Of a stretch of 64,000 nt of DNA, positions 26,197-41,181 are shown one piece after another. Source of the DNA: Paramecium tetraurelia (taxonomy: Eukaryota). The position numbers were made by a program, and so were the translations under genes. The number at the start of each line of letters is the position of its first letter. Positions within the stretch are counted from its first letter, which is position 1. The notes beneath the pieces were generated by a model, which was not told the origin of the DNA, did not search any database, and saw only the letters and a program-made list of their open reading frames with translations. Where the stretch lies: assembly GCA_000165425.1 (NCBI GenBank), contig CT868296.1, positions 434,001 through 498,000 of the forward strand, given 5' to 3'.

Positions 26197-29100
26197 TCAT
26201 TTTTCATATTTTCTTCGAAAACTTTCTAAATGTTTTGGAATATTTCTTGAAAATAAGATAGGGAGTGGTATAGATTTAATAATTGCCTTGGAAAGTATAT
26301 ATCGTTTAAATTAGTAATATCCAAAAACTATTTGAAACACCAAAATAATGATAAAAATTAAGATTCCAATAAAGATAATTAAGGTTTAATTGTCTTTTGT
26401 TAAAGTATCTATAGTTTAAGAAGAGATATCTAAAAAGTGTTGACTAAATTAGCTGATTTAAAATTAGATAACATCGATTCCCCACAGCATATAAATGAGA
26501 TATTCGCTATCATCAAGTATTTTCTCCAAAGTTTGAGCTTTTTCTAGAGGAGATTGATTTTTAAAAATTAATTAAGAGGCTCCCTCTACAAAGGATAATA
26601 CTTTTTATTGTAGATTCAGCACACCTGTTTAAAACAGTGGTACTAATTCTTTTAGATAAAGCCTATCATACAACAATAGGGATAGCATATCACAACCAGT
26701 TAAAATACAAACATCTTATCCTAAAAGTTGATTTTATTGTTCATCACTAAGTCCTGAATTCGAATCTCCATAATTGAGAATCAAATTAGCAAAATCTATT
26801 TATTTTAATCTTGAGATATCTTTATAAATTAACGCTTCATCCATAGACAAGAGATTTAAGATTAAAGTGTCAGTTTAGATGTTTCTACTCATAAATTTAT
26901 GGCCTGCATCAGTCCTGTTAATAATTGCATAAGTTTCAAAGTATTACTTTATTAAGAATAAATCAAATCTATTTAATGCGACAATGAAATTCAACCTATT
27001 TTCTTAAGCTAAAATTGCCCTATTACTTATAGGCCCTATAGAATTCTTAATATGAAGAAAATACAAATGAAAAGCAAATGTATACGCAAGTATTATTATT
27101 GAGACTAATACAATAATCAAGATTGAACAATGGCTTTAATAGTTAGAATTTTCTTAGACATTTTTCTTAATCATTCTTTTTTTTTTAACAAAGACTACTG
27201 TTGCTCTATTTGAACATTTCCTCACATCATCTAAAATGAATTAAGGTAGTGTTATGATCATTTTAAAATCTTTTTGTTTTAAGAATATTCTATTATATGA
27301 TACCATACTAATCAATTAATCAAATTAGTGTATGATTTAGATGCAGTCTTCCTTATCGCACATCTTAAATAATTTCAAATATTGTTTGATTGTGTGAACA
27401 ACTTTAAGGTAATTGATAATCAAGGCTGTCAATTACAGTAGGATTGTTAAATACAACCCAATAAAATAGTAAGTGACTATCTAATCAAAATAATCATTCA
27501 TTTCAGAGTGATATGTATGGCAATCCCAAAGAGTAGTATTAGCACTCTCACTTACATCAAAAAAGTTATAATAAACTTATGACCTTGCTATTTAGGTCAT
27601 ATATGTATCATTTCTACCGGATAGATATGTTTGTGGCGTTGATGCAAATGATTTGTATGACATAAAAAACGTTTAATGCATAATTTGATAATAAGTTGAA
27701 TAGTCCTAAACGTTTTAAGCTATCATACTCTTCAAATCAAAGTTGATAAAGTAAAGAGTAATATTCTTGATATCGCTTTTCATAGCTAGTTTTGAATAAT
27801 TCTAATACATGTTATTAAGTCTAACACTTCCCTTTGCTATATGTTGCCAAGCCATATATATTTTATCATATCTACTAATATTTATGGATTCATTATTAAA
27901 TGGAATTATCGTATCATTTTATATAGAATAAAAGTCTCTATAATAAATTACATGTCTGGATCCAGACATAGTTTAACTATAGGCATCTAAAAAGTTTAGA
28001 TCATCTGTAATTTATTGGATGCAATCTGTTTAAAGATCCTTCTTGTGTTTAAAAAGACAAGATATCAAAATGACAATAAATGTTATTACAATGATTTAAA
28101 TGACAAAATGAGCAATTAAATCTTTAATGGTTTTGGGTATGACAGTGTCATTTATATAAACAGTAATCTTCTCCAATTGTTCTTCGATTTCATTTGAACT
28201 ATGTTTAGTAGCTGTATTTGTCAATTCAGCTACTAGTTCTACTTATTCATTAGCTTCCTCTCCATCACATGAGAGAATAATATTAGTTTAATTAGGTCTA
28301 ACCTATTCTAAAACTGCTTATTATCTTCTTAAAATATCTGAGAGAGCAGGAGATTTGGCAATCTATTAAGAAGGAGATTAATTTATTTTTGGATCATCAA
28401 GAAAGTCAATTTCGATTACAAAATATAGAAATTCACAGTTTGAGTCTTTTTCTACATACGTCAATAATTTTTACACTACACTGAATTCAATTGGATATAA
28501 TTTGGAATATTGAGGTTTCAAACTTGATAAACTAGTACTAATATCTTTCAAAGTACTTATCATTTATTTGTTTGTAAATTTCTTGGTTGATATTGATTAA
28601 GAAGTTTTAAATTGAGTTCTGCTTTTATTTTGAACCTATAACACTCCGATTTCTCGTTAACAAATAATATCCTATTTTAAAATCCTTTTTTTGTCTTTAA
28701 TAGTTAACATTCTATAATACTCTTCTAAGATTTAAGATAAAGATGGAATTATTTCTTAGATGGCCACTTATTCATATATTTCACAAGGTAAGGTTAAATC
28801 TTCATTTTTATTATTTTTATAATAATATTTGTAATTGATTCTCTCGTAGATATTTCTGGTTATTCCAAAAATTAGAAAATTAGAATCAACCAAAATATAC
28901 CCTCTCTTATTCTAATCTACTTCTCTTTTCTCGTACTTCACCATTTTCAATAAATGTCCTATAATCCAAAATTGATATTGATCGTTTGAACAAGGGAATA
29001 AGGCAGTCAAACATATATTAACTTTTTCAATCAAATTTTCTGAGTTCAAAATAAATTATTCTGAATTTGCATACAATCGATTTGTCTTACCTTATGCTAA

Positions 29101-31185
29101 ATAGGATTCAATCAAACCATTGTGTATTTAACCAAGTTTAATAGGCAACAATTACTCTATTTTAGTTAATGGTATAGTTAAATTTTAATATCCAAAAAAC
29201 TCACAAAATTGATCATTTATATTTTACGTTATATATCCAAGGGTTTAGGATTGCACAGTGGATATTACTGATAAAGCTTACCCATTTAAGAATTGTAAAT
29301 TATTGAATTATTAACTTTTAGAGTTGGTTTGTTCCTTCACCTGACACTCTATTTATTAAGCTATCCTCAAACAACTATTGATATCTTCCATACAAACCAA
29401 TGAAATTACTAGTTTTATTCTTAGGATTAAAATAGAGTCTAAGGCAGGAATTTCTCTCTAACTTTGAAATTTCATAAACTCGTTTTTCAACATATCAGTT
29501 TTTCCTTTTATTTCTGTAGAAAATTGAATCATTCTCTCGTAGGATATTAATTGATTCATTTTTTACTGCCACATCGATTTCATATAAATGAGCAAATCCA
29601 CTATGAGTTTGACAATTTACTCCTCAAAATTATAAAATAAATTGAAGTCTTATAAAGTGCGAAACTCCAAGGATCCTATTTTGATGCCTACCCTATTAGT
29701 ATTTTCAATTTCAAGTTTATTTAAATGTTATATTTAATTGATTAAATTAATAAAGAATGTAGGCATGTTGCCTGGTTTTACTTTTTAGAATGCAAAGACT
29801 ACATCTTAGATAGTCTTATATGATAACACAGAATTTTCTCTGTATCTTTAGAGGAAGGTTACAAATTTAATAGTAAGTTGTTCAAAGTATTGAAATTAAT
29901 TTTAATTTTGTATAATTGACTTTATCATTTTTTAAAATTAATATTGTACCCAAATATAAATGTGTTGTGTATTAAGTTGGTTTTAGCCAGAAATAAATTT
30001 ACTTATCTTTTACTTGCAAGGACAGCATACATCATTGCAATGCTAACAATGAATTCCCAAGTATTTTAACAGTTCGAAGTAATCTCTTTGATTTATACTC
30101 TCCAAATGGCACAATTGGCAAATATATTCTAATGGATGCTCGCTTTTTTTCTTCGATTTGGATTTTAGAAATGATTAGCATTCCTTGTCTATGTAAATGT
30201 CATAAAGGGCTTAATTTATTCCAAATATCAACTAAAATAGAAATAAAATTTACAGGGACACAGATGCAGAAGGTTAAGAAGATGTGAGCATCACTCAAAT
30301 CCGATAGTATCCACACTGCAACCAAAATTTCGAAAAACCATGAGCACCACAAACATTTGCTGAGGAACACTGTTTCGTGTGAAAAACCAAAAGGAATGTT
30401 CAAATAAGTATCTAGGGCTATCACGATTATGATGAGATTGAAGATTGAATGGATGAGATAATTGTAATTACTGTACATGTCCTTCCAGAAAGATGACATC
30501 TATAAGGCCATATGTAATAGGATGGTTAGCAAATTAAAATAGCTAAATTTTCTCATCACGTCTCCTTAGACAAATTCATAATTTCTAAAACAGTATAAGG
30601 ATAAAAAACCTGAGAGGATTACTAGTACTTAGCCTATAATGCTTATTATTAAAAAGTGAGGTGAGATCAAGGAGAAGCATTGTGGGGGATCTAGATTTCC
30701 ATGTTGGGCCAAATATGCCAAACGACCACAAGTTAATATTCCAATCATGCATTCATGAAAAGGTGTCAGGAAGTACCATTAAAAGTTCTTAAAATAAAAC
30801 CGTATAAATCTATTAACAAAACTGTGGGTAGAGAGTGGCTAGAATAAGATGTTCATAGTACTTTGAATGTGATTTAGAAAAGTATTATTGCATAAATGGA
30901 ACACATAGTCCCAAAAATACAATAATACATAATTTTTGTAAACGGGTCGTAATGAATGACTATCATCATAAAAGGGATTGAGGAATACTATCCGATTTGC
31001 GCCAAATAATCATTTTCATAATATACAATGGATTTGCTTTCGAATTAACTAAAAAGGTAACCAAGCAATTAAATAAAATAGAAGACAATCACTCCCAAAT
31101 TACCATAATCCACTTATGATTTTCTCCTCTCAGTGTTAGACCCTATTGAAATAAAGAAGTAAATAAGCCTAGAAAAATATTTCAT
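26197..31185 (-). CDS. Large multi-TM protein with a degenerate PAS-like domain (about 1647 aa), paralogue A
   Basis: N-terminal TM block; central CEFFGY...IEQLLPIKLGQIHNGLIESYL PAS-like segment; C-terminal TM pairs; introns of 23 and 22 nt. Confidence 0.8.
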
Positions 31186-31547
31186 TTATCCTAAATTTAT
31201 TATATTTATTTATATTGATATTCATAATCTTATAGTGATTCAACAATTTAATTATATCCCCAATAAATCATGGATACTGACCAAGATAGAGTAGAAACTT
31301 AGTGAACATAATTTCCGAGGTCAAATTTGGTAATATAATTCTGAATAAATAATTGAAAATCGATTAAATTTATCATAAGATCATTTAATTTACAACAATT
31401 TAAAATTTATTGGATTAGATTAAAAATAATAATTGAATTGCTATTTTATTCATCTGATCTCACTTTGCCTTTGCCAGAAGTCTTCGATTCTGTGTGACAA
31501 TTCAATTTAATTAGTTCAGTATATATATAATATATATAATAATAATG

Positions 31548-33171
31548 TCACTCATCATCGTTAAACTGCATAAGCTCTGAATGCTCAGATTGAGAGTCAA
31601 TTAATTGGTCAAAATAATGATCATCTTTGCTTTTGACATCATAACTAGCAGCAGTGACTGTGTGGCAATTCTTTTATACGGATCTCACCTATGGAGTGTC
31701 TCTATCATTGATGGTCAACTATTGATTTTTCATCTATTTGAGCATTCGTCTGAAATCCTGAATCCTATCATTCATGTCTTTAAAATATCTATCAGCCATG
31801 GCTATAAAATCTTCAGTGTCGATGGATCGATAATTTCTATTTTAATTTAATTGCTCATACCTTTTGAGTTGTTATCCCTCTTGTAAATAATTTTAGATTG
31901 AACTAATTCTGTTCAAAGTGGCAGGATCATTAACATTAATTTTTAATTTGTACTTTTTCAAATACGAATTTAATTTATAAAAATTTAAGAGAATTCTTTC
32001 AGCCACTTATCTAATTTCCGTTTTGATACAAGCCTTATCTAATAGTGTAATTGATCTTAATTCTGAAACAAATGGTTGCAAATCAGCATACAAAATGGCT
32101 GTAAAAAGTGATGTCAAGGCAACTCCATAAAATAAGCCTAAGGTCATAGAAAGTCTTCCAAGTTCAGTAGTTGGATATAGATCTCCATAACCCACTGTGA
32201 ATATTGTGATCATGCAAACCCACAAAGAATTGTTTATGTTATAGTGATCGATTTCTGTTGTTGTTCTTAACAATGCTCTTTCTGAAATTTCTAATTGGTA
32301 CGAAAACAAGAAAATTCCAATGCAAAAGAGACCGCAAAGCGTTGAATATGGATTCTACCGAATTGCGACTTTGAAAATGAAATGAGGACCGAATTCAACT
32401 GAGTATATGCCACTAAATTAAACAATGAATATATACCATAATCTATTTACTCTATTGGAATAAAACGATTAGAACTTAAAGGCTATATTCAAAACCAGCA
32501 GTGATCGAAAAAGCATAACAAAGGTGAGTATCTCATTTACGAAGTAGAATCTTGATTAATCAGAATATCGTTGTAGGAATGAAACCTTGTATCCAATCGT
32601 ATATGGGGTTGGACAAGGAAGCAAAATGACGGTTTCGATTAACACAAGAAAAATGAGATTTGTTTGAAATATATTGGAGGCTTTGGGGACTGTAAGAGAT
32701 CGTTTCTTGAATTCGAGTTCTGCTAAATATGCCATAAATGTCATGATAACTATATAGGATAAGCTAAATACTGGAAATAATGGTTAGGACTAGAATCAGA
32801 TATAACAGAGTTTTGATTTCTTCTTCATATGTATCCGTTAACTAATACGCGAATGAAACCTCATACTATATTATTTATATATAATTAACTTCAAGAACCA
32901 TTAGAACAATACTGGCACAAATTGTCCACATTCTGCCTAATTCTAGCACTCTATATCTTTCAAAATAAAGTCTTGTAACTCTGCTATCTTCAAAAGCATT
33001 ATTTTTTGAACTTCCAATAATTTTTGACTTTTTTCTCTAACTCATTTTCACTTTTGGAGAAGTTTCAAACAAGCATGATAGTCTTCCATGCTATTGAAAT
33101 GCATCATCCTCATTGACCCTTGAAGCAGGATTACCTTACAATTCTATTGTTTCATAATTTGATGATTTCAT
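31548..33171 (-). CDS. Small-conductance Ca-activated (SK-like) K+ channel, copy 1
   Basis: Pore LWVCMITIFTVGYGDLYPTTELGR; SK-like N-terminal FEDSRVTRLYFERYR; six TM segments. Confidence 0.9.
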
Positions 33172-33187
33172 AATATATTATTAACTA

Positions 33188-34855
33188 TCAATTATTTTGA
33201 TCAATCGTGGAAACTCATCAAACAAGAGTCTCTGTGTGAATCGTCTAAATTATTGAAAAATTCTTCATCTTTGCTAAGTTTCTCCTCTGTGTTTAATTAG
33301 TTCCTGAAGATCTTGGGAGAAACAGGCGAAATTTTTATTTATTGTATTTAGGTTTATTCCTTTTCCAAAATCGAGTTTTACTATAGTTTAGATAGATGAG
33401 TCTGAATCAAATATTACTATTCATTGAATTTATAGAGTTGTTATCTGATTTCCTTGAATTTACCATTGGCATCTCCAAATTTCCGTTTCACCATTTCTTA
33501 GAATTCTTCTCCATCAATATCCCTATGCATTCTAAAGTGTGACATAATAACTCAATACCTCTTCAACATCCCAACATCTTATAGGAATCTTTCCAAATTA
33601 AATAGTGTATCATCAAAATTATTATTCACCCCTTCAGTTTTTGAGACTTTTTTTCTTTTCCTCAACTCATTCAAATAAAAAAATATACTCGAACTTGCCT
33701 TTTTTATGTTCTTCGTGATGGTAGCCTTATCCAACAGAGCCCAAGACTGATACTCTCCTGAGTTCGGCTATAACATATTATATAATATGGCTGTAAATAA
33801 GGAGGTAATTGTGACACCATAAAACAACCCTAAAGTCATGGCTATACGACCTAAATCTGTGTAAGGAAAGAAATCCCCGTATCCTACTGTCGCTATTGTG
33901 ATCATAGTAACCCACTGACTTTTGGTGAGTCCATAGTTTTCCAAAGAATCAAAAGTTCTGAGGAGTGGCCTTTCCGATATCTCTAACTAATAGGTGTATT
34001 GGATGAAGCCAACAATAAAGAGCCAAGTCAAGGTGTAGAAGGGGAATTGGCGTATGCATAATTTCAACATTAAATGAGTTCCAAACCGAGTCTGATACAA
34101 ACGACTATGCAAATTGATATCAATATTATACCACACTCTCCCAATCCGATTTGAATAATATGTCTAGAATTTAAACCCTATATTCAGGAGCAAATAGAGT
34201 CTGAAAAACATGATATATGTTAGAATTTCATTCATCATATAAAATCTAGTTTCTGCTGTTCCTCTCTATTCAAAGTTAACATAATAACCTTAAGTGAAAG
34301 GATTTGAGGTTGGAAGGATAATGATAATTTCACATAGCAATCCCCATTTCAAGTCAGTTTATATGAGGGATGCTTTGCTGGAAATAATTTTTGAACACTT
34401 TCTATATTCAAGTTCAATTAAGTAAGCTATGATTGTCAGCAAGACAATTATCAATGACATATAGAATATTATATACAAGAGCAAGCGCAATTCAAATTCC
34501 ATTGTCTTGGTAAGGAATGTTGAATAACTATATTCATACTAATTCAAAACATTAATACTTCTAAGATCGTTAGCACCATACATGCAATGATAAACCAAAA
34601 TCGAGTTAGTTCAACCATTCTATACTTCTCAAAGATCATTCTTGTTACTCTGCTATCCTCAAATGGTCCTTTATAGGAATCATCATCATCGATGATAGTT
34701 GCAGCTCTCTTGTATAGTTTTCTGCTTTTCTATTTCTTTAACAATGGCGCTGCTTTAATTGGAGATTGGCCAGTTAAATTTAGAAAAACCATTTCATTAA
34801 CCATTGTTATTTTATTGTCTTGGGTCTTTTTTTATTTTTGATTGTCAAATGACAT
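33188..34855 (-). CDS. SK-like K+ channel, copy 2
   Basis: Pore WVTMITIATVGYGDFFPYTDLGR; FEDSRVTRMIFEKYR; two intron positions match copy 1. Confidence 0.9.
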
Positions 34856-35155
34856 TTTAATTAAACAAGATATTAATCAATAATTACTTATATAATAAAC
34901 CTTCAATTTTTATTTTCATTAGACTATTCATCCTTATTAATGATTCCACACTCTTTAATTTAGACAATAAATTCATAAGAATTAGAACATTCAAAAATAG
35001 TTGCATCTACATGTAATTTGATTATAAATTAGATCTAATTTAATTCTCCTTATTTGTTTGCTTCCATAACTTCATTTGCATATGGAAATTGACAACAATC
35101 TTTGAATATAGTATTATCCTCTATTATTTTGATAATTATTAACAATTAATTAAGA

Positions 35156-37315
35156 ATGAAACCGCATAAAAAAAATGTATTAATTCGTTCGAGTGTTCCT
35201 TCTCCCTCCAACTTCGATTCGAAACCCTCAACCTAAATTCCTCGATAGCGATCTGTCAATTAATTCGAAGAAGCTGATCCCACCTCAAAAGGTATGTGGA
35301 AACTATATATCTGAGATAGAAAAGTCATTAAGATGAGGAATGTTGTAGACTTAGGAGATGCAACCGAGTCTATTCACAAACCGTCCTCTAAACGAATGAG
35401 GAGATAGAGTAAGGATGAATAGGATTAACTGCTTGAATAATTAGATCAATGGCATGAATAGATAGTTTCCAAGAAAAAAGCATTTGCATTTGAACAAGTC
35501 AAGTAGAATGACAATAAATTAATGGAGAACGAATTCGCTAATGATGGAGGACCTTAAATTAATCAAGCCATTATCAATTCTATTCTCAAACCCCAAGAAA
35601 AATAATAATTGAAGAACCTATCATAAGAAGAAGAGTAGAACTCAAATGTTTAAGTGAAATTTTAATTGTTGAGATCAAACAAGGAATCTAATAACCCTGT
35701 TATGAAAACTTTAGATTAAGTTAGGATAGAAATGAATAAACATATTTTAAACTCATTGCTATTATAAAAAGTAACTAAGAAGTTGGACGACTTATAAATT
35801 AATAGGAAGGCTAAATCTAATTGGAATCATTAACAAATGGATTAAGAAACAGCCTAAGTTGTAAGAGATTAATCACAAGCCATCAAAACCTCAACACTAA
35901 ATAATTTTAAAGGATTAACTGAATATTTTAGTAATCCTGCTTAATACATCGATTATGATATAGTCTTATCCAAGGCAAAATATTACAGCAATCGACCACC
36001 AAGTTAGTTTTAAGAGAATATAGTGATGACAGGATAATAATCATCATCTTCTGCAAAATAACTGATGGAATCATTTTAATAGTTTTAAGTTTAAATCAAG
36101 GAAAACAAATAAACCTTATATCAAATGAGATTAGATAATAATCAACTCGTGTAATAGACAGCGAAAAAAGAAGAAGAAATAAGTGAGATTAGGAGGAAAT
36201 ATTATGGAAAAGAAGAAAAAGTGAGATTAGGGTATGTTCCTGATTAAGAAGGCAAAAAGAAGAATATGATGGAAATTATTGAGAAAATTCGATAATAGAG
36301 AGACTTAGAAATTAGAAATATACAAAAATTCATATCATAAATCAAAGATGAAATGCATAGAAATACTGATAGACAGGAAGTAATTCAAAAGGACCTAGAT
36401 GAATTAAGATAAAAAAAGAGAAGATGTAAAATGCTATTAAAGGATATATTCTTAAAACAACTTTAAGAGGCAAATGAATAATTGATGCCTGAAGGATTGG
36501 TCCAAATAATTAAATAAATGAAAAAAATCAATGAAAATGCTAAGGTTGAGTAATTTCCAAGATACTTAGATGATTCATCAAGACAGTATCTTCTCAAGGC
36601 TGCATAGTTAGAAATAGAAATAGAAGAGGCTAGATCCCAATCTCAAAAGTTCAACCATAATCATACTAGTTTGAGAAGTGCTCAATCTTAATAATGTCTA
36701 TTTTAAACATAACCTGTAAGTGTGTCTTAATTGAAGAGTCAAGTGAAGACCATGCTTAAAAGAAGCAAGGTTTCTATAAAAAAACCAGTGTTTGTTTAAG
36801 GCATAGATCCTCTGAATCCTTAATCCTTCGCTCATGTGATCAAATGGGAGAATCAAGAATTAGAATCTGCTAATTTGTAAGACAAAGAGGAGATTCAAAT
36901 TAAATTATGCAATATGCCTAGTGAAAATAATCTAATTATTAAAGATTATAATCAAAAATTAGTGTAATATTAGTAATAGCTTGAACAGATCTAGAAGGAA
37001 GAGTAGGAAAGAATACTAAAATTATATTAAAATAAGAGACATCTATCAGACGTTCAGGAATTGAAATTAGTATTGTATTCGTTATTTGGATAAGTGATCG
37101 GAGATTAAATTTGGTATGAGTTTGTTATTGAATGGACAGAGTAAAAATCTTTAAATCCTCAATAAATTTTAAAAAAAGAAACAGAATCGAAATAAAATGA
37201 AAAAGGAATGAGTTAAAAGGTTATAAATGATAAAATAAAATAAAGGATGGCTAACACATATCGTAAATTATAATAAAGTAATGAAGTTGAATATAATTTT
37301 AATATGCTAGATTGA
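35156..37315 (+). CDS. Long coiled-coil hypothetical protein (about 719 aa)
   Basis: MKPHKKNVLIRSSVPSPS...; 2160 nt open in the ciliate code to TGA 37313-37315. Confidence 0.75.
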
Positions 37316-37330
37316 TTCTTATATTATTTT

Positions 37331-38265
37331 TCAAATGATTAATAAAAATGGTCTGACTTTTTATAAGGCGACTTTCTCATCAACTAAAACAACCTCTTTG
37401 TGTTAGCCATTGTGAGTTATCTCAGCTTTTAATATAAATACAATTGGATACCTCTCAAATCATAGAAATAAAATGGCTCTCCAATTTAATATCTATATTT
37501 TCCTGGAACAGGCATTGTCTTAAATTTCAAATTCATAACTGCACCAGTTTCAACATCAGCCATCTTGAAATATCCAGTAGTCATCGAGGTGTCAGTGTTG
37601 AAGAATTACCAAAACTTAGGGATTATTTTTAATCCATACCTTATTTTTGAATTCTGGGAATTTTTCAGGACATGGATATCCACGATCATATTCACAATCG
37701 TAATCCAAGACATGAATAGTTTCTTCCTTGAAGAGAGCGTTAATTTCGTTATTCTTATAGAGCATATCTCTAAGGTAAGTTTCCTTAAAATCAGGATCAC
37801 CACATTTATCTCTTGCTCTCACATATAACATGGCTAATGGCAAAACAGTTAAAACCTATTTTTAATTGAAATCCGTTACTTTGAATCCAAAGGCTAAAAG
37901 GATAAAATTGATAAAAGAAGAGACTGAATGCAGGCAAGAAGTAAACATTGAATTTATCAAATAATCTATGTCTTCTTTCAATTAAACATGAGAAATTTGG
38001 GACCTAAAATTGAGATTGTAAATCTTACATGTCTATGCAATAAATCCTAAATCCATGCCCATCCAAGTGGTACTGATTCCCAGTTGTCTTTTGGTGTTTT
38101 AACATATGTATGCTCTTGATTAATGTCTCTTGGGTAAGTATAGTAAGCATTTTTAAATTTGTATTGCCATCTCTTATTGTATGGGTTTGATGATTGCCAC
38201 ACAATCTTGTTGTACTGTGAACGATGCACTAATTACTACACTGTCTTGCTCTTAATAATTTACAT
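37331..38265 (-). CDS. Membrane protein, probably mitochondrial inner membrane
   Basis: Basic N-terminus MQIIKSKTVQQLVHRSQY...; TM hairpin YFLPAFSLFFYQFYPLAFGFK|VLTVLPLAMLY; four introns. The localisation is an inference. Confidence 0.7.
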
Positions 38266-38569
38266 TATTAATATCTTTTAATTAGTAATATAAACTTAAA
38301 ATATAATTATGCATCATATTTTCCTCATATTCAATCCCCAATATTTACTACGCAAAGATCTTTGGTAAATAGATTGTATTTCTAAACAAACTAAGTTTTA
38401 AATGAACTATTAATTTATTTAAATTAAAATAGAGAATTGCTTCAAATGGTCTGTATTATAAATAAATGAATTTCAAATGTCTTAATTTGAGAAGATAATC
38501 ATGATAAATAGTAAAATAAAAAAAGTAATTATTTAGTATATATTATATATAATAATAAAAGTTTTTATT

Positions 38570-39849
38570 TCAACTGTTTGTTCTATAGTAGATTATTGGT
38601 TATGTTTAGATGATTTTAGTAACTTACCTTCCGCTGATTTAACGATTGAAAACATTTAACGGAGAAGCAGATCCCATAACAAGTTTTGTTTATAATTGTT
38701 TTTTGGTTTGCAAAGGAGACTAATGAGAACAACAAGTCATTGAATTGTTTGGTTTTAGAATTGACTCTTTATTAGAATCTCTATTGCTTGATATAAATTA
38801 TTGCAATAATTCGGTGTCATCATTTTATTCTTTATTTTCCTTTTATTTTCCAGGACTAAAGATTGACATGATAAAGGATTCCACTTATCTGTTAATGATG
38901 TCAAAATTAATGTTTAGTTTAATCTTTTCAGATATTCCATTAATGATGTTTGTATACTCTTCAATAATTTCATTAGGGATCAATTAATTCATCAATTTGT
39001 AGGCTTCAAACTTTGAATTGATATTCTAAACAACTTCGATATCATTGTTTATCATTTTATGAATTTAATCCTTGTTAATTTATAGCAGTTTTTATTGAAG
39101 ATCATTGATAAGAGCTATAATTTAATTTTTAATTTGGAGGAAGTAATTCTCATAAGGCTTTTAGATTGTTTTGAATAATTCTTAACTTTAATCCATCAAA
39201 TCCTCAGCTTTTTTAATGTTTTGTTCAATCAAATGTTCGTAATTCTCAATTTCTTTCATCTAGCTAACATGTTTAGTATGCATTTTGATAACGCAATGTG
39301 CACATGCTTTTTGTAATTTATATGGACAATCATTGTCTATGCAGATAAATTTATATTAATTATTTTCGTGGCCTGGTAGTTTGCATATATTTGTTTTTTC
39401 TATTTACACTTAGAATGATTATTGCTGGCTGGCATATTATTATTATTATTCTTCGTTTTTCAGTCTATTGATGGGAGAAAAAGTTTGGTCATTGGAATTT
39501 CTTTTGTTTATAGGTGACAATTGGGATTTTTCATTTATTAATGCCAATTATAACCATTCATCCTTGTCTTAATTCCCTTTTTCAATTTAATCTTCCAAAA
39601 AAGTCTTGGTATTAGGTTTCTCTTTATTTTTGAGAAAGGAATTATGTTGCTCTTTTAATTTTTGGTTGATTGTGTATTCTGAAATAGATCTTTGGCTCTG
39701 AATATAGTTTAATGAATTACTAGATTTTTCTTATTGGAATCCACGATCTAACCCCAATTAGTATCTCTCTCTTCAAAAGCTTGTTTAATGTGATTACGTA
39801 AACCTAATTGATTCCATAGTTCGCGAGAAGTCTTCTTTGGCTTAATCAT
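38570..39849 (-). CDS. Protein with a B-box-like Zn finger and coiled coil
   Basis: CKLPGHENNQYKFICIDNDCPYKLQKACAHCVIKMHTKH followed by heptad repeats; ends YRTNS-TGA. Confidence 0.7.
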
Positions 39850-40771
39850 ATTCGTTAAATTAATATAATACTAATTTATACTATTCATCAGGATATTAAT
39901 TATTTAATAGCATTTATTTTGAGAGAAATCGATTGCCAATACCTTCAGATGATAAGGAATGAGATTTTACAAGAAAGACAAATGGATAGTGGTGATATCA
40001 TCATTTCTTATAGTAAATATGAAAATAAGGGTCATTGTATATTCATGATGGTCTAATTAAGAAGAATAGATTGATTGAATTAATTTTAGTTTAATTGATA
40101 GCTCTATATATATGATTTGTTTGAGTTTGGATAGAAAAGAAAAACCATCAGAATATAAAATAAATTATGATAAAATGGAAATATTAATTTTGGAAATCAA
40201 CCCTCAAAAATAAGTTTAAAAGAAATGATTCTTATTTTCAATAGCATAAGATGATAGGAAATTATTAACCACATTTATTATTTATGCAAAATTAATTCAT
40301 AAATGAAGGGTAGGGTATTTAGATAATGATCTAGAGATTGAAATGAATATAATGTAGACATACTTAATGAGAAAAAGAGATGATAACATATGCAGTTGAT
40401 GTGGAATTATAAATCAATAACTAATTAAAATTGAATTTTAATTTATGGAACCTATTTGGAGTTAAATAAATAGTAAAAGAGAGCATGAAAGTAATTATCA
40501 TTAATTGAGGAACTAAACCTTATTATTATGTTTATCAAAGTAAAAAATGAATGAAAAATAAACTTTCGAAAAGTCAAATTTATTAAAATTAAGTTAAGGT
40601 GCAAAAGGTATTACTTAAAAAGACAATTCAAAAGAGATGGCATGTAGATTCAACAAAAGAAGTTAATTGATATTATTTTGAAATATTATATTTATAGTTT
40701 GAATTTATTTCTAGTGATAAATTATGCTCTTAATGACTGCTTGCTCATAAAATCTATACAATAATATAAAC

Positions 40772-41181
40772 TCATTTTTTTGTTGCCTTTTTCTTAGGTA
40801 TTAGTGACTGATGTTCTCCTTTCTAAATATTCAAATGTAAGTACTCCTCTACGTAATTACTCTTTGATTGAAAATATATATTTTCTCACCTTTGGAGGTA
40901 TGCCCTTCTCTTTCATTTATATCTACATATAAATAACAAAGTACTCTATCTGCTTCAAATAATTCAGTCAGTTTTTCAAATTTATCTCCATAATCGGAGC
41001 AGCCCTTTCCGATTCTTAACATGAATTATTCGACTGGCCAATCTGGTATGGCTAAGTTGTACCCTGGTGGTGGAAATATGGGAGTGATTGTTCTCCTTCT
41101 CATAGCAGGCTACTATAACAAAGTTGTTTTGAAGAATCTGCTAACAAAATTTAATTGCTAATTTCTCAATATAGAAATCAT
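40772..41181 (-). CDS. IGR-motif protein (mitochondrial ribosomal protein mS41/Fyv4-like)
   Basis: Presequence-like N-terminus, then IPDWPVEQFMLRIGKGCSDYGDKFEKLTELFEADR|IQMKEKGIPPKVRKYIFSIKEQLRRG. The 3' end is ambiguous (see findings). Confidence 0.8.
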
